Shown: piece after piece, positions 9,834 to 17,890 of the stretch | Numbering within the stretch: the first letter of the stretch is position 1 | Layout of the letters: the number at the start of each line of letters is the position of its first letter | Assembly: GCA_965222575.1 (NCBI GenBank) | Contig: OZ244958.1 | Location: forward strand, 960,001-1,024,000 | DNA length: 64,000 nt | DNA from: Alphaproteobacteria bacterium | Lineage (GTDB): Bacteria > Pseudomonadota > Alphaproteobacteria > G965222575 | Reading direction: 5' to 3' | Translations under genes and position numbers: made by a program | The notes under the pieces: model-generated | Databases searched by the model: none | What the model saw: only the letters and a program-made list of their open reading frames with translations | Told to the model about the DNA's origin: nothing

Positions 9834-12332
9834 TTATGCTTCTAAAGCCACAATGCGTTTTTGTAATGCTTCTATGGTTTCCTGTTGCTCCTGTACAGCC
9901 TTTAAGAGAACAACTGATAGCCTGCTGTAGTCCACACTCTTATACCCCTCTGAATACTCAGAAGTGCCTACTAGGTCAGGACAAACCTTTTCTACTTCCT
10001 GTGCTATCAAACCATGTTCTACCTCACTAGACCCCCTTTGTCCTCCTTGTGGCGCTGGGTCTGGTATAATGTCATTCCCATCCTTATCTTTCGGAAATAC
10101 AGGGTCAGGGATTTCCTTGCGAGTGTATTTAACAGGACGAAGCTTTTTAACACAATCAAGACCATCCTGTACATCAGCTATATTCTCCTTTAAGCGTTCA
10201 TCACTGTATTGCGTTAGTATGCCTGTTAGAGTTAAGTTACCAGTACTAAGGTTTCCTGTTAAGACCCTTCCTATGTTAAGGTAACCATTGCTTGTAGCGC
10301 TTGGGGTTCTAACATTACCTATGCCTATGTTACTATCCCCTGTGGTGTTGGTTAGTAAGGCACCAGTACCACTTGCGGTGTTATAATCCCCTGTGGTGTT
10401 CAAAACTAAGGCACTATCACCACTTGCGGTGTTATTATGCCCTGTGGTGTTGTTGTATAAGGCACCATAACCACTTGCGGTGTTAGAATGCCCTGTGGTG
10501 TTGTTGTATAAGGCACCATAACCACTTGCGGTGTTAGAATGCCCTGTGGTGTTGTTGTATAAGGCCCTAGTACCACTTGCGGTGTTAGAATACCCTGTGG
10601 TGTTGGCTTGTCCGTTTTCTGCTGAAAGAAAAGTATTATTGTAATCTACTTTTCCCTTTACATATTCTTCATATGCATCTGCCCGCGCAACTGTAACGAC
10701 ATCCACCCCTAGTTTTGGCTTTGTAACCGCTCCGTCCGCTATCTTACTAGTCCTTACAGCACTATCCCCTAAAGCCCCTACAGCAGGGTCGCCTCTTTCT
10801 CCTTTTTGTCCTCTTGTAGGGAAGATACTTACCCACCTGACTTTGTCGCTTACCTTACCAGCTCCAAGCAAAAACCATAATACATAATTGTCTGGTACAA
10901 CATAACCATCAACAACTTGTCCTAATGATGTAGCTAAAACCCCTGCCGCTTCTTCCGGGGTTTTTTCCCAATCTGAATAAATTGTCAAAACACCTTTAGC
11001 GTTAATCCTTCCTTCATCGGGTTTTCTACAAGGACTTCCTTCCTCGCAATACTTAAAGTAGACATAATATCCAATACCATCACCCTTATCCCCTTTTTCT
11101 CCCTTTAATCTTGCTTGAAAAACACTGACCCAAGTTACTGCGTTTCCTGCTATACCATATCCTACAAGCCCCCATAAACTTTTATTTGCTGCAGGATTAG
11201 GTATTGTTCCTCTCCAATCCGTTACATATGGTAATATACCATCAGCACCAATTGTAGGTGTAGCCGCAACAGTGTGGTCTGGCGTTGTACCATCATCAAC
11301 ATTAGCATAGAGAATATATTGCCCTAATCCACTATTGCCTATATTACCTTGTTTACCTTTGTCTCCTTTTCTAATTGGGTAAAATCCCGACCATACTACT
11401 ATTTCACCTATCCTTCCTCGCCCTATAAGCATCCATAAAACTTTATTCGCTGACATAGACAGAACGGATTTACTCCAACCTGTTATGGCCGGTAATTCCC
11501 CGTTCGCAGTGATAGTATAATCATCTGTAATTTCGGCTGGCGTATTCCCCTTATCTTCAAGCCTATAAAGAATATACTGATTTAACCCACTTTTCCCGTT
11601 CGTTCCATCAAGACCATTCGTGCCATCGTCTCCTGTCTCGCCTTTTTCTCCCTTTAATCCTGCCTGAAAAACACTGACCCAAGTTACTGCGTTTCCTGCT
11701 GTACCATATCCTACAAGCCCCCATAGCTTAGTATCTGCTACAGGACTAGGTATTGTTACAGTCCAATCCGTTATAACTGGTAACACGCCATCAGCACCAA
11801 TTGTAGGTGTATCCGCAGCAGTGTGGTCTGGCGTTGTACCATCAGAAACATTAGCATAGAGAATATATTGCCCTAAACCATCTAGTCCTGGTGTTCCTAC
11901 TCCTGTTAGTCCTCTTTCACCTTGCTTACCCGTCTCCCCCTTCTGAATTGGATAAGCTCCTGACCAGACTACCGCTTCTGATGCTCTACCATGCCCTATA
12001 GCTACCCATAATGTCCTATTCGCTGCCGGGGCAAGGAGTGTATCACTCCACCCTGTTACAGTCCCTAATACGCCATCTGAGCCTATTGGAGGAGTTGGTA
12101 TGGAAGAACGAGTTGGCGTTGTGCCGTCATTCTCAAGCTTATACCGAATATATTGCCCTAGTCCATCCTGACCAGCCGGAATTTCTGACAGTCTCTTTGC
12201 TACAGAGTCTACATTCCCGCCATCTGTTGTCACCACTTTTGTTTTATCGCCATGCACAACATCGTGAAATATATCCGCATCTGTCTCCGCTTTGGATACA
12301 ACTGTATTAAGACGATTAGTTATATTACTCAT
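9834..12332 (-). CDS. Collagen-like tail-fibre protein with S74 chaperone (paralogue 3)
   Basis: N-terminal HDVVHGD...TDGGNVDSVAK tail-anchor-like segment, G-X-Y segments, 6 NTTG repeats; S74 domain almost identical to paralogue 2. Confidence 0.9.
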   Translation of the reverse strand: MSNITNRLNTVVSKAETDADIFHDVVHGDKTKVVTTDGGNVDSVAKRLSEIPAGQDGLGQYIRYKLENDGTTPTRSSIPTPPIGSDGVLGTVTGWSDTLLAPAANRTLWVAIGHGRASEAVVWSGAYPIQKGETGKQGERGLTGVGTPGLDGLGQYILYANVSDGTTPDHTAADTPTIGADGVLPVITDWTVTIPSPVADTKLWGLVGYGTAGNAVTWVSVFQAGLKGEKGETGDDGTNGLDGTNGKSGLNQYILYRLEDKGNTPAEITDDYTITANGELPAITGWSKSVLSMSANKVLWMLIGRGRIGEIVVWSGFYPIRKGDKGKQGNIGNSGLGQYILYANVDDGTTPDHTVAATPTIGADGILPYVTDWRGTIPNPAANKSLWGLVGYGIAGNAVTWVSVFQARLKGEKGDKGDGIGYYVYFKYCEEGSPCRKPDEGRINAKGVLTIYSDWEKTPEEAAGVLATSLGQVVDGYVVPDNYVLWFLLGAGKVSDKVRWVSIFPTRGQKGERGDPAVGALGDSAVRTSKIADGAVTKPKLGVDVVTVARADAYEEYVKGKVDYNNTFLSAENGQANTTGYSNTASGTRALYNNTTGHSNTASGYGALYNNTTGHSNTASGYGALYNNTTGHNNTASGDSALVLNTTGDYNTASGTGALLTNTTGDSNIGIGNVRTPSATSNGYLNIGRVLTGNLSTGNLTLTGILTQYSDERLKENIADVQDGLDCVKKLRPVKYTRKEIPDPVFPKDKDGNDIIPDPAPQGGQRGSSEVEHGLIAQEVEKVCPDLVGTSEYSEGYKSVDYSRLSVVLLKAVQEQQETIEALQKRIVALEA

Positions 12333-12772
12333 AACCTCTCCTTTAATGTTTGATTTATAAATGTGTGAAATCCCCCAAAGGCATTTAAGAGCGGAATTGC
12401 ATCTTCTCCCAACAAAGGCCAGTGTAAAACCTCCAAAGAGGCAGACACATCAAAAGCATTGCCTCGCCTCTTTGCTTTTGGCTGCTCTGTAAACCGAGCC
12501 CCGCATGGCTGTAAACCCAACCCGCCTAGAAGGGTGATAGTAAAAGACTCTGCTCCCATTTGTATTATTGTCTTATACCACTCCTTGAAGGCTGTATATT
12601 GTGCCTCTGATAATCTCCATTGCGCAGACACAAGAGTAGGGGCTTTTGTAAAGACTTGCCTGTGCGAAGACAGACCAGTATCCCTCTCTGTCCGTCTGAA
12701 AACTTGCCCTGCTGTAATCCTATATCCCTTGCGGGTAGGGAGGGGTAGGGTTGATGGCCATTCCTTTGTCAT
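12329..12772 (-). CDS. Phage minor tail protein (lambda gpM-like)
   Basis: WPSTLPLP..GY start; ATGA overlap with the upstream gene at 12769-12772; lies between tape-measure remnant and fibres. Confidence 0.65.
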   Translation of the reverse strand: MTKEWPSTLPLPTRKGYRITAGQVFRRTERDTGLSSHRQVFTKAPTLVSAQWRLSEAQYTAFKEWYKTIIQMGAESFTITLLGGLGLQPCGARFTEQPKAKRRGNAFDVSASLEVLHWPLLGEDAIPLLNAFGGFHTFINQTLKERL

Positions 12773-13098
12773 GATTTTACCTCCAAAACACCATTTACAG
12801 ACCACAGACTAGTAGCTACAGGTATGGAAGATATGGCCTGAATAAAGCGAACCTCCCCAATGTCTTGCAGCATAAACCAGTCCATCCCAGAATGAACTGA
12901 CCACCACTCTTCAAAGACCAGAAACTGATCTTCTGTCATTAACCAGTGTGCTGTAATCTTTTCAGGAGGACTTGCAAAGCGTAAGCGGTGCTGTCTTAGT
13001 CCAGCTTCACCTTGCGTGCGTAAAACCTCCTCTTGGTACTCTGTTCCGTAACCTTTCCTCTGCGGAAGGGGCAACGTCTTTGGCCAAATCTCACTCAT
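12769..13098 (-). CDS. Phage minor tail protein (lambda gpM-like), paralogue of 12329..12772
   Basis: WPKTLPLPQRKGY...LRTQGEAG..F..FEEWW pattern. Confidence 0.65.
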   Translation of the reverse strand: MSEIWPKTLPLPQRKGYGTEYQEEVLRTQGEAGLRQHRLRFASPPEKITAHWLMTEDQFLVFEEWWSVHSGMDWFMLQDIGEVRFIQAISSIPVATSLWSVNGVLEVKS

Positions 13099-13366
13099 TG
13101 CTTACTAAAGCCTCCTTATTAAAATTTTCTGTGTATTCTGCAATATTTCCCATGACATCTCCTTGGGTATCTCCATTTTCCTTTGAAATCTCCTGTACAT
13201 CAACTCCTCCGCCCGGTGTAAAGACTGCCTTGCGAGCAAGGATGGGTATCTCTTCTCCTACAACCCCTCCAGAAACAAACATATCCTGTGTTTTCGTCTT
13301 TGATAATACATACTTGCGCCGCAACTCCTCTGCTAGCCGTATGGATAATGTCTTCTTACTTGTCAT
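13091..13366 (-). pseudogene. Internally deleted tape-measure protein (N- and C-terminal stubs only)
   Basis: MTSKKTLSIRLA resembles tape-measure N-termini; GGVVGEEIPILARK.AVFTPG resembles their C-terminal motif; only 91 aa, at the syntenic position. Confidence 0.55.
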
Positions 13367-13592
13367 ACTTCTTATGAATGTCTTGTATTGCTAAAAATAT
13401 TCCCTCTGATACCCGCCACTAGCAACTCCGCCAGTACCTCTTGGTTATAACCAAGGCTAGCCGCAAGGTGTCTCAAGAGGAAATCGTTTGGTAATCTATA
13501 ATGGACAAGCGACAGGTGATATCCCACGCCTGCCAGCCTTCCTCTGTCGCTTCATACCATTCTCTAGGGAAGGGGCTTGTTTTAACTCCTTC

Positions 13593-13627
13593 AGAGAGGC
13601 TTCCCTTCGTGGTAAGCCTCTTTTTTT
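13593..13627 (+). terminator. Intrinsic terminator-like hairpin upstream of the NYN fragment
   Basis: gaggctt-cccttcgtggt-aagcctc followed by T7. Confidence 0.6.
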
Positions 13628-13643
13628 AATAGAGAGAGGATAT

Positions 13644-13811
13644 ATGAAAACTATTGTCTATATTGATGCACTGAACTTGTACTATGGATGCCTGAAAGGA
13701 ACCCCTTACAAATGGCTTGATTTACAAGCTTTGTTCTCAGTACTAGCAGAAAATTACAAAAGATTAAGAAAACGCCTAAATAAGCCTTCCTGTTCTTTTG
13801 TAGAGAGATAA
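13644..13811 (+). pseudogene. Truncated NYN/LabA-DUF88 (PIN-like) nuclease
   Basis: MKTIVYIDALNLYYGCLKGTPYKWLDL is a typical NYN N-terminus; good RBS (gagagga); stops after 55 aa. Confidence 0.7.
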
Positions 13812-13825
13812 GAAGCTTCTAACTT

Positions 13826-14029
13826 CTATTCCACATTTTTGAGGTAATTAACTTTTGTATTCCATGGCTTTACACCCGGCGGACGAGAGGAATATGGAAA
13901 GTCAATTCCAGTATCCTGTATACCACCTACGCCATGATACTTGCCAATCTTAATAGAGTCTCCTTGATTTCCAAGTTGCTTTTTAATGCTTTCTAACTCT
14001 TTTTGAAAAGGATTTTTAGTGTCTTTCAT
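13826..14029 (-). CDS. Small hypothetical protein downstream of the SDH protease
   Basis: Starts 3 nt after the SDH stop, with ggagg RBS. Confidence 0.5.
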   Translation of the reverse strand: MKDTKNPFQKELESIKKQLGNQGDSIKIGKYHGVGGIQDTGIDFPYSSRPPGVKPWNTKVNYLKNVE

Positions 14030-14032
14030 TTC

Positions 14033-14920
14033 TTACCTCCTGAGAAGTGGCAGTAAACCATATTTTGTATGAATTGAGTACACAATACCAATCTTTTGAC
14101 AATAATCTGTAAAAAGACCATAGTATTGTTGAATAGTATCATTTAACTCTTTATCCTTACCAAAATCAATTATTTTAAGCTTAATTTCATCTGATGTAAG
14201 AGTCTTCATTGGTATCCCACGGCTGTGGGATTTCCATATTTTGGGATCACCAAGTTTTTTTGCAATTTCTTTTGCTCTGTTTTCTTTGTATTCTTTGGTA
14301 ACCTCCTTCTTACCAGTTTCATGGGTTTCCCAATCCTTAAATTTGTATGCGCATAACCACTTTCCTATAAGCTCTATGGATCTTTCTTTTTCTCGTTTTA
14401 ACTGAAAGAGCTCGGCAGGATCAAATTTATTAAGTAGGATTTGCATTTCAGCAGTTGAAAGGGGTTCTTTTTTACTTTTATCTATGAGGTCTTGATACTC
14501 CTCCAAATAACCAAGACCTGGTAAAAGACGATTTCCCTTTTGGGTTTGGGGGTCAATCGGGCTAAGAATCGAGTAATAATCCATGTATATCTCATCTCCA
14601 GATAGGGCTAAAACAGTTCCAGCTGAAAATGCATGACTTGGTATTATAAAGTCAACATACTGAAAATGATGTCGAAAAACATCGCTGATTCGCTCTACAA
14701 CGTCAATAGAGCCCCCATCAGTTTCAAGAATAACAATTAATTTGTCTTTACACTTTTTCTGTGATTTGAGATATTCAATTACCATTTTAGCTTTAGCGTC
14801 AAGTCCTGACGTAATAGGGAAACAAAGAATAAAAACTTCCCCTTTAAGTTTCTCCTCAAGTTTTTCTGCGAAGTCCCTAAGAACATTACTTATAATGTCG
14901 TCAGATTCTATGGGTATCAT
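14033..14920 (-). CDS. SDH-family ClpP-fold serine protease (DUF114-like)
   Basis: LETDGGS, AFSAGT (Ser), PIDPQ (Asp), WKSH (His). Confidence 0.85.
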   Translation of the reverse strand: MIPIESDDIISNVLRDFAEKLEEKLKGEVFILCFPITSGLDAKAKMVIEYLKSQKKCKDKLIVILETDGGSIDVVERISDVFRHHFQYVDFIIPSHAFSAGTVLALSGDEIYMDYYSILSPIDPQTQKGNRLLPGLGYLEEYQDLIDKSKKEPLSTAEMQILLNKFDPAELFQLKREKERSIELIGKWLCAYKFKDWETHETGKKEVTKEYKENRAKEIAKKLGDPKIWKSHSRGIPMKTLTSDEIKLKIIDFGKDKELNDTIQQYYGLFTDYCQKIGIVYSIHTKYGLLPLLRR

Positions 14921-15036
14921 TCTTTGTAAATATAGCCTTAGTGCATCACTTTAGCAGTGTACTTAAAGTATACTGGAAACTTAGAGCCACTTCAATCATA
15001 ATCCATAATCTGAAAAAAACCCAAGCGTAGGCGTAG

Positions 15037-15982
15037 CTAATAACTACCGATTGTGTTCTTCAGGGTTGCTGTGAGCATATGTCCTACTGTGGTATCCTTT
15101 GCCCCTTGAAAGTCATAGGAAACCTCTATCCCACTAGGGCTGTCTATACGACTCTTCGGCTTCTGTAAATACACCTCATGTGCCGTAATCTCCAGCAAGT
15201 TATCTGCATCTATTGTATAGGCAAGTGTCAATGCCACCCTTGTGCCACCACTGGCTACAGCGGTCTCATGGGCATACCGCACAGTAATTGAACCCGTCAA
15301 AGACGCCCTTCCTAAATCCACTTCAATCTTTCCATCACTCCGTATTGTCTCTATACGCTCTAAATTGTTGCTATAGGTTAACGACCCATCGGTTACATTC
15401 GCAAGCAAATCACTACCTTTCTTAATGCTCCCTTGAAGCTGAGAAAATCTTTGATAGGCATGAGGAGCCGTTGGATTGCTATGCTTAGTAGAGCCACCAG
15501 TCGTTGCCCCTTGACCTATAACGTTGATAGTTGCTTGTGCCTCCCCTGAACTTTGGAAATTAAACGCTATGTTATTCGCCCGTACCCCTGAGAACAGAAA
15601 AAACTTGCTCACATCTGGATAGCCTACCTCCAGCGTCATACTCGGCACTGTCGTCTTCCCAGAAACAAACGTGTGCGTTTTCTTTGTGGTGTTCGAAGTT
15701 GTTGTTGGGTCTCCAAACAAAGCCTTTAGCCAATATCCGATATTGTTCAAGTCCACTGGGACCACAATATCTCTATCCACCCTAGTCACATCCTGAAATA
15801 TTATAGGGTCTCTGTCTTGTCCCAAAACTTGAGACTCTATCAATCCCTGTTCAGAGTTCAGACTGGACGAGACAAAGGGGACGATTTGATACGAGTCCGC
15901 ACTTGACGGCGCTGTCCCGTAAGTATCTGGTGCCTCCCACGCTATTAAAAGTTTTCTATATCCATTCATATGCTCTTGCCAT
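15037..15982 (-). CDS. Phage tail tube protein, apparently frameshifted just after the ancestral start
   Basis: PSMTLEVGYPDV, YSNNLERIETIRSDGKI, LTATLKN. A MARAY start at 15982 with RBS is out of frame with the body; the open frame begins at 15969. Confidence 0.8.
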
Positions 15983-16019
15983 TAACCTTCTTAGTAGTTA
16001 TTAAACTTTGTAAACGCCA

Positions 16020-16255
16020 TTTCAGATGACTGCTTCCCCTGCTTTTATCCCTCCAAGCCTATCCGTCCCAGACAACGCTTGTTGTACATCGGAAGCTCCA
16101 CCCTGTGCTGGGTAATATTGTGTGGAGGCGAGAGCAACACTTGTGGTGCTCCTTGATTGCCGTCGGCTTCAGGCGTAATCTGTTTTATCGCTTTTAGGAC
16201 GGCTACATGAGAAACATTTGCGTCTAGGGGCGTACTCTCGGAGTGATATCTCCAT
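16020..16255 (-). pseudogene. Fusion scar: terminase-small-subunit-like 5' end joined to a tail-terminator fragment
   Basis: MEISLREYA../SHVAVLKAIKQITPEADG continues directly into NQGAPQVLLSP...QHRVEL, then (shifted) DRLGGIKA; junction near 16160. Confidence 0.55.
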
Positions 16256-16374
16256 TTCCTAACGCGTAAGGCCTCCCCATTCTAATCAAAAATTAATACC
16301 ATTTTGTACCAAATGTACACAAGAAAAATGTACTGTTTTGTACCATTTTGTACCAAGTCCTTTAATAGCAAGGG

Positions 16375-16767
16375 TTAGGGACATTGTTTTTCATTTAATT
16401 TTATAGCAATTTTGTGTAATCCGCTTTTCCATTTTCGTACAGCAGTTGTGCGTCCACATCCTATCTTCCAGCAAATGACTTTCCAAGGCTTTCTGCACGC
16501 ACGCATCCAAATAATATCACCTTCTTCTTTTTCTATTCCTTCAAACCTAAGCCACTTACAGGTTTCCCAGCATTGAGTGATCTGTTTGGGGGTAGGACGT
16601 AAGACCATAGGAACAGGTTCTAATTGTTGTAGAATTTCCTCTGGAGAACAAATAAAATCTGGCCATGAATTTTTATATTTTTTTGGCAAAACGGAAGGCA
16701 ATGTACTCAGAACCCATACTGCTTGATAAAAGCGCTCAACAACAGTTTCCTTGGTCCACTTTCCCAT
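16375..16767 (-). CDS. Phage DUF6362-like protein (putative late-gene regulator, C-terminal HTH)
   Basis: WTKETVVERFYQA..LSTLP...WP; IIWMRA..KPWKVICWKIGCGRTTA; ATG 16767 with GGAG RBS. Confidence 0.7.
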   Translation of the reverse strand: MGKWTKETVVERFYQAVWVLSTLPSVLPKKYKNSWPDFICSPEEILQQLEPVPMVLRPTPKQITQCWETCKWLRFEGIEKEEGDIIWMRACRKPWKVICWKIGCGRTTAVRKWKSGLHKIAIKLNEKQCP

Positions 16768-16820
16768 AGCACACTCCTGCATGAGAGGTTTTGTTTTGAA
16801 AAAAAGGGAATTTCTAGTTG

Positions 16821-17090
16821 TCAATAGCTTTTTCCCCCCGGCGCATGATGCTTTGGACAGCGCCTGTTAGCATATCTACATTTCAGTCCTGTTTGTGTGA
16901 TAAATCGCTCGAAACACTCAGGACAATAGGTCTTCCAACAGAGAAGATACCGTTGTTCTCCTCGCTTCCCTTGATACTCTTCAAAACCAACATACTCGTA
17001 TCGTTGCCCTTGTTTCATGAAAACGCTTCTGAGAGGCGGGGGTGTGTGAAAGGCAATTTTCTTAACAAATACAGGGCTACTTAAGGACAT
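16821..17090 (-). CDS. Small Cys/His-rich phage hypothetical protein
   Basis: 89-aa ORF with CPEC and CPKH, co-directional with neighbours. Confidence 0.5.
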   Translation of the reverse strand: MSLSSPVFVKKIAFHTPPPLRSVFMKQGQRYEYVGFEEYQGKRGEQRYLLCWKTYCPECFERFITQTGLKCRYANRRCPKHHAPGGKSY

Positions 17091-17131
17091 GAAGGTTTTC
17101 TCTCCAAGATGCTCTTCTGAAACTTTCCCCT

Positions 17132-17215
17132 TGCCATATGAGAAAGAAGTGTAATCAAAAAGTCGCTTTTCCCCACTTTAGGAGTCCTCCAAACCCCAAT
17201 AGCTCTTTCTGATGT
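17132..17215 (-). pseudogene. Fragment of a second primase-helicase (Walker A region)
   Basis: Minus strand ctcctaaagtggggaaaagcgactttttgattacacttctttctcatatggca (PKVGKSDFLITLLSHMA) parallels 29018-29070 (PKVGKSDFLIALLSHMA). Confidence 0.75.
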
Positions 17216-17289
17216 TGCCATTTTTTCTCACCTGTATTTGAGTAATAAAAAATCCTTATCTTTGCTGTTCCTCACCTTGGGCTCAGAAT

Positions 17290-17713
17290 CACAAGCAAAT
17301 TGAAGCAAGAACATCCAGCTTCATTGTCATTTTTGGGGTACGCATTCTCCATTGTTGTCATAATAGGCTCCATTATTGGCGTTTTCAGTTCCTGTTGCGT
17401 GGTTTTTAATTGTCCCTATAGGAACTCCCTGATACGGAATAGTGTGGTGTTCGTACCAAGAAGTGCAGGATAAAAACCTGCCGTAAATGTGAGCGGCATC
17501 GGTTCCCCAATAGCTTCGCACCTCCTCAAAGACGACCTTTGTGATATGACCTACAGTTTTTCGCATTTCCTCCAACCACTTGTAAAAACGCCTTCTCCCT
17601 CCTTCAAAGCGACTAGTGCGAAAAGATTGACTACCACTGGTCATGTTCTCAGGCTGCATACAGACAGCCCCTCCAGTAGTCGTGCCAAGATTAAGCGCTA
17701 AAATCGTTTTCAT
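17290..17713 (-). pseudogene. Degenerate phage RuvC-like Holliday junction resolvase
   Basis: MKTILALNLGTTTG (expected catalytic Asp replaced by Asn), VVFEEVR, YQGVPIGTIK; terminal DNEAD motif shifted out of frame near 17320. Confidence 0.7.
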
Positions 17714-17890
17714 GAAAAAATTCTCACCCGAAAAAAATGTTGTGTCAACCCCCTTGAATTTCTCAAAATTCCCTATTTTTGCCCTTTTTTGAATATCTTT
17801 TAACATCACTGTAGTTCCTTTTCCCAAAAAGTTGGTCACTTTTTGCCTCCATTGACCTTCAGAGGTGAGAGCGTTTTGCACAAAAATGAC

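Noticed and set aside
3481-10284. Plus-strand ORFs (e.g. 4051..4365, 6364..6783, 7399..8298)
   Set aside because: Antisense shadows of collagen and NTTG repeats.
1-12332. Diversity-generating retroelement or invertase shufflon acting on the fibres
   Set aside because: No reverse transcriptase or invertase in the window; paralogues are all co-oriented and I saw no adenine-specific TR/VR pattern.
17714-17881. N-terminal part of the 184-aa ORF 17327..17881
   Set aside because: RuvC-like similarity starts at ATG 17713; the upstream part looks like an open intergenic/promoter region.
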